From NCBI GenBank assembly GCA_965222155.1, contig CBDCTH010000012.1, positions 1,376,001 through 1,440,000 on the forward strand: a DNA stretch of 64,000 bases, given 5' to 3'. The stretch comes from Gammaproteobacteria bacterium (GTDB taxonomy: Bacteria; Pseudomonadota; Gammaproteobacteria; Eutrophobiales; Eutrophobiaceae). The notes beneath the pieces were generated by a model, which had not been told where the DNA came from, did not search any database, and saw only the letters and a program-made list of their open reading frames with translations. Position 1 is the stretch's first letter, and each line of letters starts with the position of its first letter. Positions 59,862 to 64,000 of the stretch are shown here, in pieces. The position numbers and the translations under genes are program-made.

Positions 59862-61262
59862 TTGGCTGTACATTCAGCCAAAGAGATGAAGAATCAACCT
59901 GAAACCGGTTCCTCAACTAACGCCGGGCGAGAAGACTATCCAAACCAGGTCTATGCCTGGTATGTCGTCAGTGTCTTGACGGTGGCCTATATCTTTTCGT
60001 TCATTGACCGGCAAATACTGAACCTGCTGGTGGAACCAATCCAGCAGGATCTGAATCTGTCCGACACGCAGATATCTCTGCTGCAGGGGATTGCCTTCGC
60101 GCTGTTCTACACCCTGATGGGTATTCCGATTGCCCGTCTTGCAGACGTATCCAACCGCCGTTCCATTATTGCCGCCGGCGTGTTTCTCTGGAGCCTGATG
60201 ACTGCCTTGTGTGGACTGACGAAAACGTTCTGGCAGTTGTTTGCCGCGCGCGTAGGAGTGGGTGTCGGTGAGGCTGCATTATCTCCTCCGGCATATTCGT
60301 TGTTCAGCGATTATTTTCCGCCCGGTAAAGTCACGCGGGCTATCGCGGTCTTTACCGGGGGCAGCTTTCTAGGTGCGGGGTTGGCGTATATTATCGGCGG
60401 CTTCGTCGTTGATTATGTGACCAGCCTCGATACTGTAGAAATACCTTTTATCGGGCAGTTGCGGGCCTGGCAACTGGCATTCATCGTCGTTGGTTTACCC
60501 GGAATATTACTGGCGCTGCTGGTGATGACCCTGCGTGAACCGGCGCGCAGAGGCCTGCTTGGAGATGAACCGGGCGCTACCCCGAAAGGCATTCCGATTA
60601 AGGACATAATCGGATTTCTGCGTAAAAACCGGCGTACTTACGGGCATCACCTGATCGGGGTTTCCATGTTTGTGATGCTCGCTTATGCGATTTTGGCCTG
60701 GACGCCCGCATTCTTTATACGCAAGTATGGCTGGACGCCGGGTGAGGTCGGTCTCATTTATGGATTTATGCTATTGATCTTCGGGACTTCCGGCGTAGTC
60801 AGCGCGGGATGGATAGCAGATGCGTTGCGCCGGCGCGGCTATACGGACGCCAACCTGAGAGTCATCATGATCGGGGCGCTCTGTGCCACCCCGTTCGGTA
60901 TAGCCGCGCCGCTGGTCGACAATGTCTGGCTTGCGCTGGCACTCATGGCGCCGTTTACCTTTCTATGGAGTCTGCCCCACGGCATCGCGCCGGCCGCACT
61001 GCAACCTGTGACACCCAACCAGATGCGCGCGCAGGTTTCTGCGCTGTACCTGTTGAGTGTCAACCTGATAGGTCTGGGGATAGGTCCAACCTTCGTTGCC
61101 CTGATGACTGATTATCTATACAAGGATCCGGCCCTGGTAGGCCATTCCCTGGCGACAGTGGCTGCGATTTCAGCGCCGTTGTCGGCGCTTATTCTGTACA
61201 CGGGATTAAAATATTACAGAGCCAGTCTGGCGGAAGCAGAGGAGGGATGGCAGAAGATGTAA
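59862..61262 (+). CDS. MFS transporter (spinster-like)
   Basis: SFIDRQIL.LL, GVGVGEAALSP. Confidence 0.9.
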   Translation: MAVHSAKEMKNQPETGSSTNAGREDYPNQVYAWYVVSVLTVAYIFSFIDRQILNLLVEPIQQDLNLSDTQISLLQGIAFALFYTLMGIPIARLADVSNRRSIIAAGVFLWSLMTALCGLTKTFWQLFAARVGVGVGEAALSPPAYSLFSDYFPPGKVTRAIAVFTGGSFLGAGLAYIIGGFVVDYVTSLDTVEIPFIGQLRAWQLAFIVVGLPGILLALLVMTLREPARRGLLGDEPGATPKGIPIKDIIGFLRKNRRTYGHHLIGVSMFVMLAYAILAWTPAFFIRKYGWTPGEVGLIYGFMLLIFGTSGVVSAGWIADALRRRGYTDANLRVIMIGALCATPFGIAAPLVDNVWLALALMAPFTFLWSLPHGIAPAALQPVTPNQMRAQVSALYLLSVNLIGLGIGPTFVALMTDYLYKDPALVGHSLATVAAISAPLSALILYTGLKYYRASLAEAEEGWQKM

Positions 61263-61269
61263 AAATACA

Positions 61270-61303
61270 ACACACTGTCGATTATTACACACTGTCGATT
61301 ATT
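61270..61303. repeat. 17-bp tandem duplication
   Basis: ACACACTGTCGATTATT twice, immediately before TTGACA. Confidence 0.85.
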
Positions 61304-61370
61304 ATTGACAAATTTATTTACAAAGATTATCCTGACATTGGCTTAGAGTTTCATATTATTAAGGGGGATA

Positions 61371-63725
61371 ATGATGATTACCTGCTCAATGACAGGGAGA
61401 GATCCCATTTATCGGTTTACTACTTCAGTCCTTTCTTTTGTTAAAAATATCCACTTATATCAACGAGTAATAATTGCTATTTCATGTATTACTTTATTTT
61501 CTCTGCCCGTATTCGCGCAAATTGAGGAAATCATCGTTACGGCGCAAAAGCGCGAACAGAATGTCCAGGACGTATCTATTTCGATAACGGCATTTACCGG
61601 TGATACGTTACAGGACCTCGGTGTTGCCCAACCCCGGGACCTGGCACAGTTCACGCCTGGGTTGACGGTTAACGCCAGTTCCTCCTATGAGGGCGATTCG
61701 GTGTTCACCATTCGCGGGGTAGGGATGAACGACGTCACCAGCAAACAGAACCCGGCGGTCATGATCTACCTGGATGAAATCGCCCTGCCGTCGCACGTCA
61801 TGCTGGGCTTCCAGATGTTCGACGTGGACCGGATTGAGGTACTGAAGGGACCGCAAGGGACTCTGTATGGTCGCAATACCACGGGCGGCGCCATAAAGGT
61901 CGTGCCGCGCAAGCCCACCAAGGAGTTCGACCTGCAGGCGCGCTTCGATTATGCGGAATATGACAGGACGGAGTTGGAACTGGGTATCGGTGGTCCTTTG
62001 AGCGATACCCTGTCGGCACGGGTTGCCACGAATATTAACGTATCGCAGAACGGCTGGCAGACTCTTGAGACAATACCGGAAGTACCGTTCGGTCCAGGGG
62101 TGGATCCCGATAACGGGGAGATTGACAGGAAGGCCTATCGCGGATCGATACTGTGGGAACCCACTGAGCAATTTGACATCCTCATCAGCGGCGACTATTC
62201 AGAGGATAAATCCGAGGTAATGGCATTCAAACATGCGGGCAACCTGAGGGCGGATGGTAACGGTTTCTGTTCCTATGCAACCGAAGGCATACGCAATGAG
62301 GTGGAATGCGCCTCATTCGCGCAGATACGCGACCGCACGGGTGGAACGGCTTTGACGCCTAAAAGAGAGGTAATCCAGGACCGCAACCCGGATATACGCA
62401 CGGTACTGGGCGAATTCTCCAGCGGCAATCAGGTAGATGCCGAATCCTGGGGAATTTCAGCGACAGTCAACATTGATTTCGGCCGGTTTACCGCCACCTC
62501 CATCACCGGTTACCGGGAATTTGACCGGTACCAACCCCTGGACCAGGGCGGTTCGCCTGCGCTTATTCACGAAATCAGGAACTGGGAAGATATCACTAGT
62601 TTTACCCAGGAGATACGCTTTGCTTCCGACGATAGCTGGGGCTCAATAGACTGGATTGTCGGCGGCTTCTATAGCAATGACGATAATGATTTCTTCTCCG
62701 ATACTGATTTTCGCGACCATGCTTCGTTCTCCGGGTTTTTTGAAAGCGAATCGACCCAGGAAACGGAAGGCATCTCTGCATTTGCACAGGTGGACTGGCG
62801 TATTCATGAGCAATTGAACCTGTCCATGGGCGTGCGTTATACCGATGAAGACCGCGAGTTTACCTTCGGGGGTATGATAAGCGGCAGCGGACCGGTGCCG
62901 CTCGCTGAGTTCACACATCCCAAACTCAATACCGAGGAGGTGGGCGGCAGGGTGGCGCTGGAGTTCACGCCGACCGACAACCTGTTGCTCTATGCCAGTT
63001 TCAACCGCGGCTTCAAGAGCGGCGGATTCCCGGCGTCGATTGCCTTTACCCGCAACCAGCTTTTGCCGTTTCAATCCGAGGAATTACTGGCGTACGAAGC
63101 CGGCTTCAAGTCCACGCTGCTTGACGGCAGCGTACGGTTCAACGCCGCGGGCTATTACTATGACTGGAATGACATGCAGGCGAGAGCGGCGCTCGATAGA
63201 ATCGACCCCGTTTCGGGACAGAATGTCAGGGTGATTACGTTGGGTACTGCAGGTGATGTTGAAATCTACGGCGCCGAGGCGGAGTTCACCTGGCAGCTTA
63301 CCCCTGGATTGCTGGTATATACCGGCGTTAACCTGATGGATGCGGAAATCAAAAACGGTGATTATGAGGACCAAACCCCTGCCCATGCGCCTGATTTCAC
63401 GATAAACGGCCTGGTCAGCTACACGGCGTCACAGGGAATAGGCGGGTTCCGGCCTTTTGCCCAGTTCGATTACAGCTATACCGATTCAAACCAGTTTATT
63501 CTGCCGAATCACCCGGGCGCCGTGCAGAATTCCTATACGCTGCTGAATGCCCGGATAGGTCTCAGGTCCGATGACGGGCACTGGGAACTGGTCGGCTGGG
63601 GTCGTAACCTGTCCGACAAGGAATACTTCAGTGAAATATTCGGGCCTGCTTCAGGCTTTCTGCCCGGCCGTATTCAGTACGGCCCACCGAGGATATTCGG
63701 GGTAAGCATCAGTTACAGCCATTGA
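61371..63725 (+). CDS. TonB-dependent receptor (true start uncertain)
   Basis: IEEIIVTAQKREQ, RIEVLKGPQGTLYGRN, PR.FGV...Y. Confidence 0.93.
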   Translation: MMITCSMTGRDPIYRFTTSVLSFVKNIHLYQRVIIAISCITLFSLPVFAQIEEIIVTAQKREQNVQDVSISITAFTGDTLQDLGVAQPRDLAQFTPGLTVNASSSYEGDSVFTIRGVGMNDVTSKQNPAVMIYLDEIALPSHVMLGFQMFDVDRIEVLKGPQGTLYGRNTTGGAIKVVPRKPTKEFDLQARFDYAEYDRTELELGIGGPLSDTLSARVATNINVSQNGWQTLETIPEVPFGPGVDPDNGEIDRKAYRGSILWEPTEQFDILISGDYSEDKSEVMAFKHAGNLRADGNGFCSYATEGIRNEVECASFAQIRDRTGGTALTPKREVIQDRNPDIRTVLGEFSSGNQVDAESWGISATVNIDFGRFTATSITGYREFDRYQPLDQGGSPALIHEIRNWEDITSFTQEIRFASDDSWGSIDWIVGGFYSNDDNDFFSDTDFRDHASFSGFFESESTQETEGISAFAQVDWRIHEQLNLSMGVRYTDEDREFTFGGMISGSGPVPLAEFTHPKLNTEEVGGRVALEFTPTDNLLLYASFNRGFKSGGFPASIAFTRNQLLPFQSEELLAYEAGFKSTLLDGSVRFNAAGYYYDWNDMQARAALDRIDPVSGQNVRVITLGTAGDVEIYGAEAEFTWQLTPGLLVYTGVNLMDAEIKNGDYEDQTPAHAPDFTINGLVSYTASQGIGGFRPFAQFDYSYTDSNQFILPNHPGAVQNSYTLLNARIGLRSDDGHWELVGWGRNLSDKEYFSEIFGPASGFLPGRIQYGPPRIFGVSISYSH

Positions 63726-63801
63726 GGGATATGTCGCGCATCCTTGTAAAACAGGGTGCGCGACTTTTGCAATTCGGATTCAGTACGTTGGGATGATCAC
63801 C

Positions 63802-64000
63802 ATGAAAAATATTTTTCCAGTCATCGTATGCATCTTTTTGTTTGCCTCACAAGGTATCAGCACAGCCCGGGAGGCAACTTTTACCACTTCAGATGATACC
63901 CGGCGCGTACCTGTCCCACCGCATGACTATTCGGACGACCCGGTGCTCGTATTACAGGGCGGAACCCTCATCGACGGAACCGGAGTTCAGCCTGCAACCG
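63802..64000 (+). CDS. Exported amidohydrolase-family protein, N-terminal part
   Basis: Signal peptide MKNIFPVIVCIFLFAS.., then VLQGGTLIDGTG. Confidence 0.65.
   Translation, partial: MKNIFPVIVCIFLFASQGISTAREATFTTSDDTRRVPVPPHDYSDDPVLVLQGGTLIDGTGVQPAT

Noticed and set aside
1-64000. tRNA, rRNA or cobalamin riboswitch
   Set aside because: None was recognised by eye; a covariance-model search would be needed to exclude them.

Overview
A 64-kb stretch of about 50% GC, most likely from a Gram-negative (gammaproteobacterial-like) heterotroph and dominated by accessory catabolic genes. In order: a LiuR/IcmF branched acyl-CoA locus; several toxin-antitoxin modules; Tat-exported enzymes with actP; a tandem pair of QueG/reductive-dehalogenase-like Fe-S proteins; a Rieske oxygenase; an MqsR/MqsA-like pair coupled to a KGGVGR-type ParA/TPR ATPase; a decayed IS4; an oxalyl-CoA ligase/reductase-like pair; a large glycoside/xylose cluster; and the N-methylglutamate (methylamine) genes. 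Many genes are broken by indels, deletions or insertions. The strongest unexplained signal is the IS4 transposase. Almost all of its departures from the family consensus, as I recall it, are single A:T->C:G transversions, while neighbouring genes and other pseudogenes show no such bias. This suggests hypermutation targeted at mobile DNA. A two-copy MITE with 9-bp target-site duplications is also directly visible. All product calls come from motif recognition by eye; no database searches were run.
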